Shown piece after piece: positions 20,746 to 29,742 of a stretch of 64,000 nt of DNA (positions are counted from its first letter, which is position 1; each line of letters opens with the position of its first letter). The notes beneath the pieces were generated by a model. That model was given only the letters and a program-made list of their open reading frames with translations. It made no database searches and was not told where the DNA came from. Both the position numbers and the translations under genes were made by a program. The stretch comes from Selenomonas ruminantium. Its GTDB lineage: Bacteria > Bacillota > Negativicutes > Selenomonadales > Selenomonadaceae. Location: assembly GCA_946541505.1 (NCBI GenBank), contig CAMNJO010000006.1:2423-66422 (forward strand), written 5' to 3'.

Positions 20746-21831
20746 TCAGACACTTACTGCCGCCATAGCTTTTTTTACAGCTTCTGCCGGTACATCATTC
20801 CGGCAGATAACCTGACCTATTTTATCCATCAGTACCCAGGTCACTTTACCGCCTACGGTTTTCTTGTCGTGGAAGATATCGCCGTACATGGCCTCCACGG
20901 TTACACCTGCAGCCTGCTGGGGCAGGTTGTAGCGTGCAATCATCTCCCGCACGCGGTTATATTCATTTTCGCCAATCAGCCCCAGTTCCCGGCTGATATA
21001 AGCTGCGCCAATCATGCCCGTTGCTACGGCCTCACCATGATTATAGCGCACATAGCCCGTTTCCTTTTCAATGGCATGGGCAATGGTATGGCCAAAGTTC
21101 AGAATCCGGCGCAATCCCGCTTCTTTTTCATCCTCACTCACCACCGCTGCCTTTATCTCACAGGAACGGGCGATGATATGCACCAGTGCATCCGGTTCCA
21201 GTGCTAGTACCGCCTCCCTGTTGGACTCCAAAAAGGCAAAGAACTCTGCATCATAGATAATGCCATACTTGATGATTTCCCCCAGCCCGGTATAGATTTC
21301 CCGCCGGGGCAGGGATTTCATGAAATTCAGCTCCATAAAGACCGCCTGCGGCTGGTAGAACGCGCCGATAAGGTTCTTGCCCAGTTCATGGTTTACAGCA
21401 ACTTTGCCGCCGACACTGGAATCCACCTGTGCCAAAAGACTTGTGGGAAGTTGCACAAAGGGCACACCGCGCATATAGGTTGCGGCGACAAAACCCGCCA
21501 AGTCACCGACTACACCGCCGCCCAATGCAAAGATGGGGGATTTGCGGTCAAGCCCCAATTCAATTGCCCGGGTAAAGAGTTCATTGGCCGTTGTGAGCGT
21601 CTTGGAACTTTCCCCTGCCGGAATCTGTGCCACAGCTGCCTCCAAACCGGCTTCTGCCAGAAGCTGCTGAACCTGCTTGGCATACAGGGGGCCCACATTG
21701 GTATCCGTAACGAGCAGTGCCTTCCGGCTGTAACCTGCACCTTTGACAAAGTCCACAAGTTCATGGTCTATAGCATAACCGATAATTATATCGTAACTTT
21801 TTTCACCTAAATCCACCCGTACCTTACGCAT
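20746..21831 (-). CDS. aroB: 3-dehydroquinate synthase
   Basis: GGGVVGD, QVDSSVGGK, KNLIGAFYQP, LNFGHT, HGEAV. Confidence 0.96.
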   Translation of the reverse strand: MRKVRVDLGEKSYDIIIGYAIDHELVDFVKGAGYSRKALLVTDTNVGPLYAKQVQQLLAEAGLEAAVAQIPAGESSKTLTTANELFTRAIELGLDRKSPIFALGGGVVGDLAGFVAATYMRGVPFVQLPTSLLAQVDSSVGGKVAVNHELGKNLIGAFYQPQAVFMELNFMKSLPRREIYTGLGEIIKYGIIYDAEFFAFLESNREAVLALEPDALVHIIARSCEIKAAVVSEDEKEAGLRRILNFGHTIAHAIEKETGYVRYNHGEAVATGMIGAAYISRELGLIGENEYNRVREMIARYNLPQQAAGVTVEAMYGDIFHDKKTVGGKVTWVLMDKIGQVICRNDVPAEAVKKAMAAVSV

Positions 21832-22354
21832 GGAGAACACCTCTCGTCTTTAATGTTTTGGTGATGATTTCCACCACCTGCAAGGGCGAAAGTTCACTGG
21901 TATCAACGGTAAAATCCGCCTGATTATACAGTGCTTCCCTCTCCTTCAATAATTTTTCCACGGCCTGACGGCGGTCACCGTCATCTTCCCGGTCGAGTAC
22001 CGGGCGGGTACCGCGGCTTTTGGTGCGTTCCAGCACCGTATCGACATTTGCTTTGAGGCAGACCAGCACACCGCTGGATTTCAATGCCTCCATATTCGCC
22101 GGATTTTTCACCGTACCGCCGCCGGTGGATATCACCGCGTTGCGCCGTTTCGAAAGCCTTACCGCCAGTTCATGTTCGAGCTGACGGAAATGGTCTTCCC
22201 CAAACCTGGCAAAGATTTCGGGAATGCTCAAGCCCGATTCTTCCTCGATTTTATTATCCATATCGATAAAGGCACAGCCCAGCCGTTGGGCGAGCATTTT
22301 TCCCGTGCTGGATTTTCCCGTCCCCATAAAGCCAATCAAGATGACATTACGCAT
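21824..22354 (-). CDS. aroK: Shikimate kinase
   Basis: GFMGTGKS P-loop, STGGG. Confidence 0.95.
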   Translation of the reverse strand: MRNVILIGFMGTGKSSTGKMLAQRLGCAFIDMDNKIEEESGLSIPEIFARFGEDHFRQLEHELAVRLSKRRNAVISTGGGTVKNPANMEALKSSGVLVCLKANVDTVLERTKSRGTRPVLDREDDGDRRQAVEKLLKEREALYNQADFTVDTSELSPLQVVEIITKTLKTRGVLHA

Positions 22355-23516
22355 GGGTGCACCAGTCCTTTCCGATACGCTGCTTATATGCCGCCAGAGC
22401 TGCCTTCAAGTCAAGCAGGGCATCACTGCCGAATTTCTCACAGATGGCCTGCGCAATGACAAAAGCAACCATGGCTTCACCTACAACCGATGCCGCCGAT
22501 ACCGCGCAGGTATCACTGCGCTCCTTGCAGGCCAACACCGCTTCACGGCTTGCAATGTCAATGGACTTCAGCGGGGTCATCAATGTGGGAATCGGCTTCA
22601 TCGCCGCCCGCACGACAATATCTTCCCCATTGGTCATGCCGCCTTCAAGACCACCGGCCCGGTTGGTTTTGCGCTGAATTTTACCATCTGCAAGATAGAT
22701 TTCATCATGAATCTGACTGCCGGGAAGATTGGCACACTCGAACCCCGCGCCAATCTCCACCCCCTTGATGGCCTGAATGGACATCATCGCGCCGGACAGG
22801 CGGGCATCCAGCCGTCTGTCCCACTGAATATGGCTGCCCAGTCCTACAGGCGCGCCCTGCACAATGACTTCAAAAATGCCGCCCAAGGTATCCCCTGCAG
22901 CCTTGGCTTCGTCAATGCGGGCTTTCATCTTGACTTCGGCATCTTTATCGTAACAATTCAGCTCCGAACCATTTTCCTGACCAAGTTTTGACCGGTCAAT
23001 TTTTGACGGGTCAACCGCCACACCGCCGATATTCGTCACATGGGAAACGACCTTTATGCCCAGCTCCCGCAGGAAAGCCTTGCAAACAGCACCTACCGCC
23101 ACCCGCATGGTGGTTTCGCGGGCACTGGAACGCTCCAGTATATCCCGCACGTCCTCCCGATTGTATTTGAGTATCCCCGTCAAATCCGCATGACCAGGAC
23201 GGGCTGCCGTGACCTTTTCCCCTTCCGGCTCCCCAAAGGCGGCCATGCGGCCATTCCAGTTGGCAAAATCCTTGTTGATTACCTGCAAGGTCAGCGGGCC
23301 GCCCAAAGTTTCGTTAAAGCGCATGCCGGAGAGCACTTCCACCTTGTCCGTCTCTATTTTCATGCGCCCGCCACGGCCATAGCCCTGCTGGCGGCGGGCC
23401 AGTTCCCGATCAATATCTTCTTTATTCAGCTTCAGCCCGGCCGGCAGCCCCTCCAAAATCGCCGTAAGTCTTGGCCCATGGGATTCTCCTGCCGTCATAA
23501 AACGCAACTCACTCAT
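22347..23516 (-). CDS. aroC: Chorismate synthase
   Basis: TAGESHG, RPGHAD, ERSSARET, MKPIPTL, ERSD. Confidence 0.97.
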   Translation of the reverse strand: MSELRFMTAGESHGPRLTAILEGLPAGLKLNKEDIDRELARRQQGYGRGGRMKIETDKVEVLSGMRFNETLGGPLTLQVINKDFANWNGRMAAFGEPEGEKVTAARPGHADLTGILKYNREDVRDILERSSARETTMRVAVGAVCKAFLRELGIKVVSHVTNIGGVAVDPSKIDRSKLGQENGSELNCYDKDAEVKMKARIDEAKAAGDTLGGIFEVIVQGAPVGLGSHIQWDRRLDARLSGAMMSIQAIKGVEIGAGFECANLPGSQIHDEIYLADGKIQRKTNRAGGLEGGMTNGEDIVVRAAMKPIPTLMTPLKSIDIASREAVLACKERSDTCAVSAASVVGEAMVAFVIAQAICEKFGSDALLDLKAALAAYKQRIGKDWCTHA

Positions 23517-23607
23517 ACTCTACACCTCATCGTAGCAATTTTTCACATTTATGTATAGTTTAATGTATCATTGTGTATAAAGCAAGTTTTCCATATCGGA
23601 TTTTTGT

Positions 23608-24168
23608 CTATTTGGCAGGTACAGCATAGATATTTACCAGCATATCGGCTTCCAAAACATCTCCTTTGGATATTATGGACATATTTTTTACCACGGCCAG
23701 ACGTTCTCCCTCCTGCAAGCCTTGCAGGAATTTCAGCAGGCAAAAATATGTTCCCGTCAGTTTAAGTTTTATGGGCAGACATAGCGCCTCCCCAAAAGGT
23801 TCATTTTTTTGCGGGCTGACCATTTGCAGTTCCATTTTACTTTGCAGAGCCAGCCTCTTCAAATACAGGATAAATCCACCCTGTTCCATACGTTCCGGAA
23901 GATACTGCTGGACACGCTGCTCCCGCTTTTTCAGTTCACCACGATACTCCTTCATGTTCAAATGTGCATTTTGAAAGTTCGTGACTGCCGTGATTTTCTG
24001 TGTTGTTTCTGCTGCCTGGCGGGCATATTCCTCAGCAGCCACAGCCAAAGGCCTATGCAGGGCAAAATAAAACAGCAGCCCGCCGAGCAGGGTACCTGCC
24101 AGGCTCGCAACTATCCTATAAGCATCTTCTTTACTGCATGTTTGAATCTTTCTCAGGAATTTGTCCAT
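23608..24168 (-). CDS. Type IV pilus alignment protein PilO-like
   Basis: N-terminal TM, coiled coil, LP..GTYFCLLKFL..L...ERL PilO-like pattern; pilin context. Confidence 0.65.
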   Translation of the reverse strand: MDKFLRKIQTCSKEDAYRIVASLAGTLLGGLLFYFALHRPLAVAAEEYARQAAETTQKITAVTNFQNAHLNMKEYRGELKKREQRVQQYLPERMEQGGFILYLKRLALQSKMELQMVSPQKNEPFGEALCLPIKLKLTGTYFCLLKFLQGLQEGERLAVVKNMSIISKGDVLEADMLVNIYAVPAK

Positions 24169-25273
24169 TTTCTAACTCCCAATTTACCGACACAGAAAAT
24201 TTTACCTTATCCGGCTCACCGCCATCCCCCTTGTTCACCGTGGAATCTTCCAGTGTTATTCCCTGCATGAAAAAAGCCTTATCGGCTTCACAGCGGCCAA
24301 CAAACTCTGCCAAACAGTCATAATTCACAGCCTGTCCAGCCCAACGGAGCTTGTGCTCATCAACACTGGCATTTATCCCGGTAAGGGATACGCCCGGAAT
24401 TGTATTTACCCCCAGATGCACCAGAAAGCTGTACCAAGGCATTCCCTGTTGTCCCAGCAGCTGCACTTTTTTCTCTCTGGCGGCAATGTTCGCTGCCATG
24501 GTGGTCAGCTCCTGCATTTCCCGTTCTTCAGCTGCCAGCATAGCCAACTCATTTTGCTGCTTTTCTGCTAAACTCTCTGCCTGCCAATAGTGAAAAAGGT
24601 CTGCCGACAATAAAGCTATGCCTGCGGTCAGCCAAAATATCAGCCAGACGGCCAGCAGCCGTCCTGCTGCAAAACCTGTTCCCGGCCGTTTCTTAAAACC
24701 GGCCAGTTCCCGATGGCTGCTGCTGAGATAATCCAACACTCCCGGAGCAGGAACGATATCTGCTAAATCCAGTTCAGCGCGGGCAAAGACTTCTTCTATG
24801 CCCCGCAGATATTCCTTACTCACGCCCGTGATTATGCAGCCACCTCCTGCCTCATCATTCATACAGCAAACACAGGCAAAATTTTCCGCACTAAGCCCCT
24901 GCGCCAACAATTGATCATCCAGTTCCCAATAAGCAGCTTCCCGTTGCTGCACATCAGTCAGTCCCGGCGGCAAATTCAGTGCATAACGCATTTGCTCAAA
25001 TTCCGGCACGATATACAAAAGAGGTATCCCCTGCCAGCCTTTGCGGGAAATTTCCATGGCAGCCTGTTCAACAGCCGCCTCAAAATCAACCATTTCCTGC
25101 TGTCCATATGTCCCTCCTGCGGCAGACAAAATACTTTCCTCCTCCAACTGCCAGCAGTTTTCAAAACAAATATATTTCTCCAGTCTGCAGCCTGCATTGC
25201 TTAACGATACAGCCACAAAAGCCTTATCCGTTCTATAAAAATAAGCTTTAAGGCGCCCAGCCACGCCATTCAT
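24131..25273 (-). CDS. PilM/PilN-like fused pilus alignment protein
   Basis: Soluble N-domain, one TM, coiled coil, PilN-like C-domain (IPGVSLTGI...GQAVN). Confidence 0.55.
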   Translation of the reverse strand: MNGVAGRLKAYFYRTDKAFVAVSLSNAGCRLEKYICFENCWQLEEESILSAAGGTYGQQEMVDFEAAVEQAAMEISRKGWQGIPLLYIVPEFEQMRYALNLPPGLTDVQQREAAYWELDDQLLAQGLSAENFACVCCMNDEAGGGCIITGVSKEYLRGIEEVFARAELDLADIVPAPGVLDYLSSSHRELAGFKKRPGTGFAAGRLLAVWLIFWLTAGIALLSADLFHYWQAESLAEKQQNELAMLAAEEREMQELTTMAANIAAREKKVQLLGQQGMPWYSFLVHLGVNTIPGVSLTGINASVDEHKLRWAGQAVNYDCLAEFVGRCEADKAFFMQGITLEDSTVNKGDGGEPDKVKFSVSVNWELENGQIPEKDSNMQ

Positions 25274-25718
25274 ACTTTTCCTCCACCTTTTTCAGCACAC
25301 CTTTGGCCATAAAATGCGGTTCCAATAAATTATCCCTGCTGCTTTCCCGACAAAAAGCCGTTGCGATAATATAAACCTCGTCCCCCCTGCTGCGGGCAAA
25401 AACCGTATAATCCATGCCTTCATATTTTCCCTTTTCCAGCAAAGCCATCGAATCAGGCTGCAATTCCTGCAGTTTGGTGTTATCTGTCCGAAGCAAATGC
25501 CATTGTTTTTCTGCCATGCTTTCTGCTGCCAAACGCAGCTGCATTTTCTGCCGCAAAGAGTAACTATTTTCTGCTCCCTGCTGCAAAAAGCAAAGCAGCC
25601 CCCTGCCCATAAAAATCAGGATAACCAACAGAACCAAAGATACTATGGAGACAAAGCCCCTCTGGCTGCAGTTTTTACGGATTCGGCAAATAGACAGCGG
25701 TACACATCGTATATTCAT
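25248..25718 (-). CDS. Pilin-like protein (PilX/ComGG-like, no E5)
   Basis: QRG|FVSIVSLVLLVILIFMG class III signal-like sequence. Confidence 0.55.
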   Translation of the reverse strand: MNIRCVPLSICRIRKNCSQRGFVSIVSLVLLVILIFMGRGLLCFLQQGAENSYSLRQKMQLRLAAESMAEKQWHLLRTDNTKLQELQPDSMALLEKGKYEGMDYTVFARSRGDEVYIIATAFCRESSRDNLLEPHFMAKGVLKKVEEKYEWRGWAP

Positions 25719-26235
25719 GTTTTGTCATCTCGCTCCTGCCCGTCAGACGCAATTTGTAAACCTGAGGATAATGTTCATCTCTTACTGCAGAAAATTCTAC
25801 TATTGTTACCTGGGCCAATGTATGGTCACCGGTCAACGGAGCATCCACGCTGCCGCGAACCAGCTTAACCAGCCCCGCCATGCTGTGCAGCCAATAACTC
25901 TCCTTTTTTAGTTCACCCGGATGACTGTCATTATATAATGGATTTCGCCTGCCGATAATATAAAAGCCCTCCCCCTGAGATTTCCCCACTTCAATATACT
26001 GTCCATTTAAGACGTCTTCCGTTACTAATGAAAAAGCCCCCTGCACTTCCTGTACCAGTTCACCATCAGCCAGCTGATAAAAATAGGTACGCATGCAAAA
26101 CATAAAAAGACCTGTCACCGACATCAGCAGAACCACCAGCATCGGCATAGCAATCAATGTCTCCCAAAAGACAAATCCCCCTTCATTTGTGCTTTGCCAG
26201 ACAGCGTTTGTATTCCTGCTTTCCCTGTCGGCCAT
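25675..26235 (-). CDS. Minor pilin / pseudopilin
   Basis: EGG|FVFWETLIAM class III signal. Confidence 0.65.
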   Translation of the reverse strand: MADRESRNTNAVWQSTNEGGFVFWETLIAMPMLVVLLMSVTGLFMFCMRTYFYQLADGELVQEVQGAFSLVTEDVLNGQYIEVGKSQGEGFYIIGRRNPLYNDSHPGELKKESYWLHSMAGLVKLVRGSVDAPLTGDHTLAQVTIVEFSAVRDEHYPQVYKLRLTGRSEMTKHEYTMCTAVYLPNP

Positions 26236-26581
26236 TTGCCTCCCAAGAAACCTCAACCTGTAATTGCCAAAGCCCCTTATCATCGGCTGCAGCCTCCCCG
26301 TTCAACTGATAGTTAATGCCATTCAACTGCAAATCATGCTTATCTCCCCAATAATCCATCCGCTGAGGCAGCCGTCCTTCCTTATCCAGCACAGCCTGCG
26401 CATAGGATATTTGTGCCCGTGCCAAATAATCGGCCCGCCCTTCTATGGCCACTGCATATTTCAACTGTGCAGCCCGCATATACATCCCTGCTGATGCAGC
26501 CATCGCCAGCAGAAGCATACTCAACAAAATGGTTTCCCAAAGGAAAAATCCTTCTTGCTTATTATTTTTCACCAGTACCAC
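26183..26581 (-). CDS. Minor pilin / pseudopilin
   Basis: QEG|FFLWETILLS class III signal. Confidence 0.65.
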   Translation of the reverse strand: MVLVKNNKQEGFFLWETILLSMLLLAMAASAGMYMRAAQLKYAVAIEGRADYLARAQISYAQAVLDKEGRLPQRMDYWGDKHDLQLNGINYQLNGEAAADDKGLWQLQVEVSWEANGRQGKQEYKRCLAKHK

Positions 26582-27089
26582 GCTCCAGACGAATTCTGCC
26601 GCCCTTGCTGATCATGATTTTCTGTCCTTCTGCCGGATATCCCTGATAATAAATAAAAAGAGTCATCATTCCAGAAAGCCCCGGCCTTCCGTTTGCAGTA
26701 AAAGACAGTTTGATTGATGCATCATAATGATTCTCTCCCTGTTCCTGATAAACCTTAGCCACATTTACTCCGGGCAGATAAGTATGGCTGGCAATAATAT
26801 CCCGGTCTCCGGCCAAAAGCTGATTGCCCTTTGCAGCTAACTGTAAACTAACATAACGCTTTGTCGGACTCTTCGCGCCATATCCCCAAGCACTATCCGC
26901 TGTAATCCTGCTCATATTCTGGCAATACCGGATTGTGGAAAGCAGCTGCTCGGCTTCGTACTCCACCACCGCCTGTCGATAGAACCTAGCAGCCTGTGGT
27001 ACAGCATGAACGCTTATTATGGCCAGCAAAGCCAAAATCAATAAAATTTCCCAAAGCATTGCTCCGGCCTGACGTTCTTTTACCAGCAT
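26562..27089 (-). CDS. Minor pilin (ComGD/FimT-like)
   Basis: QAG|AMLWEILLILALL signal; C-terminal FTANG...ISKGGRIR. Confidence 0.65.
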   Translation of the reverse strand: MLVKERQAGAMLWEILLILALLAIISVHAVPQAARFYRQAVVEYEAEQLLSTIRYCQNMSRITADSAWGYGAKSPTKRYVSLQLAAKGNQLLAGDRDIIASHTYLPGVNVAKVYQEQGENHYDASIKLSFTANGRPGLSGMMTLFIYYQGYPAEGQKIMISKGGRIRLERGTGEK

Positions 27090-27655
27090 AGCCCTCCCTC
27101 AATATATCCTCTTATCACATGTCCCCAGCCAAAAGCCGCCAGTGCGCCCCATGCCAGAAACGGGCCAAAGGGCAGCGGTGACTTTCGCTGCATACGATGG
27201 CATAAAAGCAGCCAGCCTCCATAAATCAGCCCGGATACCGATGCCAAAAGCAGGCATAGGAACAAATTCTCCCAGCCCAGCCACATTCCCAGGGGAACAG
27301 CCAGTTTTACATCCCCCAGCCCCAAGCCGCCATGGGATAAAAAACGCAGCCCTGCCAGCAGGCTCCCGCCTAGCAGTGCGCCCAGACAAGCCGATTCCCA
27401 GGCAATGTACCCGCAAAGCATAGGAATAAGGCCCAGCAGCAGCAACAATAAAACCAGCCGGTCATAAATCAACCCATACCGTATATCATAAATCGCAATA
27501 AGCACGAGCACACTTGCCATCACAACCAATAAGCAAAATTCCAAAAAAGGCTGCTGCCATGCCAGCACCACGACAATCATCATAAAAGCACACCATATCT
27601 CCCGCACCTCCAGCCACATTGACCAGTCAAAATGCAAGGGTACGTCCTTCCACAT
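27080..27655 (-). CDS. Prepilin peptidase (A24 family), peptidase domain only
   Basis: Catalytic AIYD and GLGDVKL, plus PFGPFL; start approximate. Confidence 0.85.
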   Translation of the reverse strand: MWKDVPLHFDWSMWLEVREIWCAFMMIVVVLAWQQPFLEFCLLVVMASVLVLIAIYDIRYGLIYDRLVLLLLLLGLIPMLCGYIAWESACLGALLGGSLLAGLRFLSHGGLGLGDVKLAVPLGMWLGWENLFLCLLLASVSGLIYGGWLLLCHRMQRKSPLPFGPFLAWGALAAFGWGHVIRGYIEGGLCW

Positions 27656-27656
27656 T

Positions 27657-28058
27657 TTACTGTACATAGCCAAACTCACCTGCCGTATGGTCAGCACAAA
27701 CCGCCCGTGCACCTTCAATTCCGTTTGCCGTCCCCTTGCGCAGCGTATACTTTGCATCTTCCAAAGTAATTATTGTGCCGTCCTTTAACCTGCATTTTCC
27801 CTTAGGCGGCTTAAGGCTTTCCAAATCACTGACGTATTCACCCAATTCATCCAAAGTTGGCGGTTCATATCCCTTTTCCAGCTGATAAACGGCAATGGCA
27901 GCATCCAAGGTAGTCAAATCACTTTGAACTTTCGCGGTATTGGCTGTCATAATGGTTGCCGTAAACTTCGGCACGGCAATTGCTGCCATAACACCGATAA
28001 TGGCCACGGCCACTAAAACACCGATTAAGGAAAAGCCCGCTTGTCTTGACTCTGACAT
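27657..28058 (-). CDS. Probable major type IV/competence pilin (ComGC/GspG-like)
   Basis: QAG|FSLIGVLVAVAIIGVMAAIAVPKF; AKVQSDL..LDAAIAVY. Confidence 0.8.
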   Translation of the reverse strand: MSESRQAGFSLIGVLVAVAIIGVMAAIAVPKFTATIMTANTAKVQSDLTTLDAAIAVYQLEKGYEPPTLDELGEYVSDLESLKPPKGKCRLKDGTIITLEDAKYTLRKGTANGIEGARAVCADHTAGEFGYVQ

Positions 28059-28186
28059 AAAATCCCTCCTCATTTTTTAATACACTTTTTCTCATATTTT
28101 TCTAATTAAATGAGACTTCTACAAAAGACACATATTTCCTGCTATTTTTTATTATTTCTGCGTATTTTTGTCTGCAGATAAAAAAA

Positions 28187-28219
28187 ATCAGAAGCCGCTA
28201 ATTTTTTAGGGCTTCTGAT
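28187..28219 (-). terminator. Terminator of fructan operon
   Basis: ATCAGAAGCC...GGCTTCTGAT stem with T-run on the minus strand. Confidence 0.65.
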
Positions 28220-28233
28220 AATCATTACGTTAT

Positions 28234-29706
28234 TCAAAAGGTACTGCTTTGCAGATTGGTTAAGGAAACCTCACTATCGGTGGAAAAAATTCCCCATTGA
28301 TGTTCAGGCAGAGCATACATACGCGTGCTGAGTGCCATCTGGTCGTTGATGTACAGCACAGCCACCGTGCCATCGATGAGCAGGGTAAAATCATAGCTTT
28401 CGCCCGGCTGCAGGCTGACCGGTACGGAAAGTTCCGGCTTGGCTTTATTTATTTTACCGGTATCGGTATTATAAAATGCCACCTGCTGGTTAGCCTGGTC
28501 AAAGACCAGATTCAGCGAGCCGGTCTGCTGGGGGCCAACATTAAACATCAGACCGAATTTGCCCTGCTGATTGTTGGGCGTAAAATGCCCGGTGATTTTC
28601 CGGATGCCGCTGAGTCTGGGCAGCACCACATCGGCATAGCCTTTGCCGCCAAAGTGGTAATCCTGCCCGCTTACCGTCACATCGCCGCTCTGCGTTACGG
28701 GCGTTAAAACCTCGGCTTTATTCAAACGCTCCGCTGCCTTGGCCACCGGCACCGGATAAAGGCTGCCGTCTGCGCGCTGCTTGAGCTGATGGGTCACCAT
28801 ATTGCCGGCCCAGTCTGTCGGACGCTTGTCCTGACTGTCCCACTTGGTCGGCGTCCAGCCTACCAGATAGAGGTCTTTATCATCTTTGGCCAGCTTGGCT
28901 GCATAGAAACCGCTGGCATCAAAATAATCCTGAGCCGGTTTCTCAAAGGGACCGTTAGAATCCTTGGCTACACGGTAATGGACGACACGGGACGGCCACT
29001 GGTCGGAGAAGGTCAGATACCAGTAATCGCCATATTTCACCAGAGTCGGGCATTCCATATTGGCATCACTGCCCATATCGTTTTCAAAGAATATCCCCTT
29101 GTTTTCCCAATGCTTGAGGTCCTTTGACGTATAGCGGGCAATTACGCCACGGGCCTTTTGGCTGCGGGTCGTAATCAGCATCCAGTATTCATCATAGTCC
29201 GGATTGTAGAATACATTGGGGTCGCGGAATGTGTCATCATAGATATAGGGCTTGCTGCCACGGAAGGAATCTTCCGGCATTTTCTGCCAGCTTACCAAAT
29301 CGGTGCTCACCGCATGCATAATCGTTTCCTTGGGCATAGTGCGCCAGTTAAAACCGGTATAGAACGCATGGTAAAGACCGTCCTTATCCCGTACCACAGA
29401 GCCGGTGCCCAGAGCTGAATCCTTGGCAAATTCATTCGTCTGGTCGTAGGGAATTACCCAGCTGTCATGATGGAAATCGGTAAAATCCTTTGTTGTCCAG
29501 AGGCTCCAGGGATGAAAGCCTGTATCCCCGTCACGCATATCCTCCAAATAGAAGATACGGAACTGCTGCCCATCATAATAGGGCATGGTATCCCCCACCC
29601 AGCTGTAGCCGGTATTCGGGAACAGCGCTTGATGCGCTGACACATCGGAACTGCTCACACAAAGGGTCGACGCGGCCAGCAAGGCGGCCAAAATCTGTTT
29701 TTTCAT
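28234..29706 (-). CDS. Secreted GH32 fructanase (endo-levanase-like)
   Basis: Sec signal peptide; GH32 catalytic motifs WVGDTMP, FRDP, MECP; C-terminal beta-sandwich. Confidence 0.8.
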   Translation of the reverse strand: MKKQILAALLAASTLCVSSSDVSAHQALFPNTGYSWVGDTMPYYDGQQFRIFYLEDMRDGDTGFHPWSLWTTKDFTDFHHDSWVIPYDQTNEFAKDSALGTGSVVRDKDGLYHAFYTGFNWRTMPKETIMHAVSTDLVSWQKMPEDSFRGSKPYIYDDTFRDPNVFYNPDYDEYWMLITTRSQKARGVIARYTSKDLKHWENKGIFFENDMGSDANMECPTLVKYGDYWYLTFSDQWPSRVVHYRVAKDSNGPFEKPAQDYFDASGFYAAKLAKDDKDLYLVGWTPTKWDSQDKRPTDWAGNMVTHQLKQRADGSLYPVPVAKAAERLNKAEVLTPVTQSGDVTVSGQDYHFGGKGYADVVLPRLSGIRKITGHFTPNNQQGKFGLMFNVGPQQTGSLNLVFDQANQQVAFYNTDTGKINKAKPELSVPVSLQPGESYDFTLLIDGTVAVLYINDQMALSTRMYALPEHQWGIFSTDSEVSLTNLQSSTF

Positions 29707-29742
29707 TTATTTCTGCCTTCCTTTCATTATACTGTATGCCGC

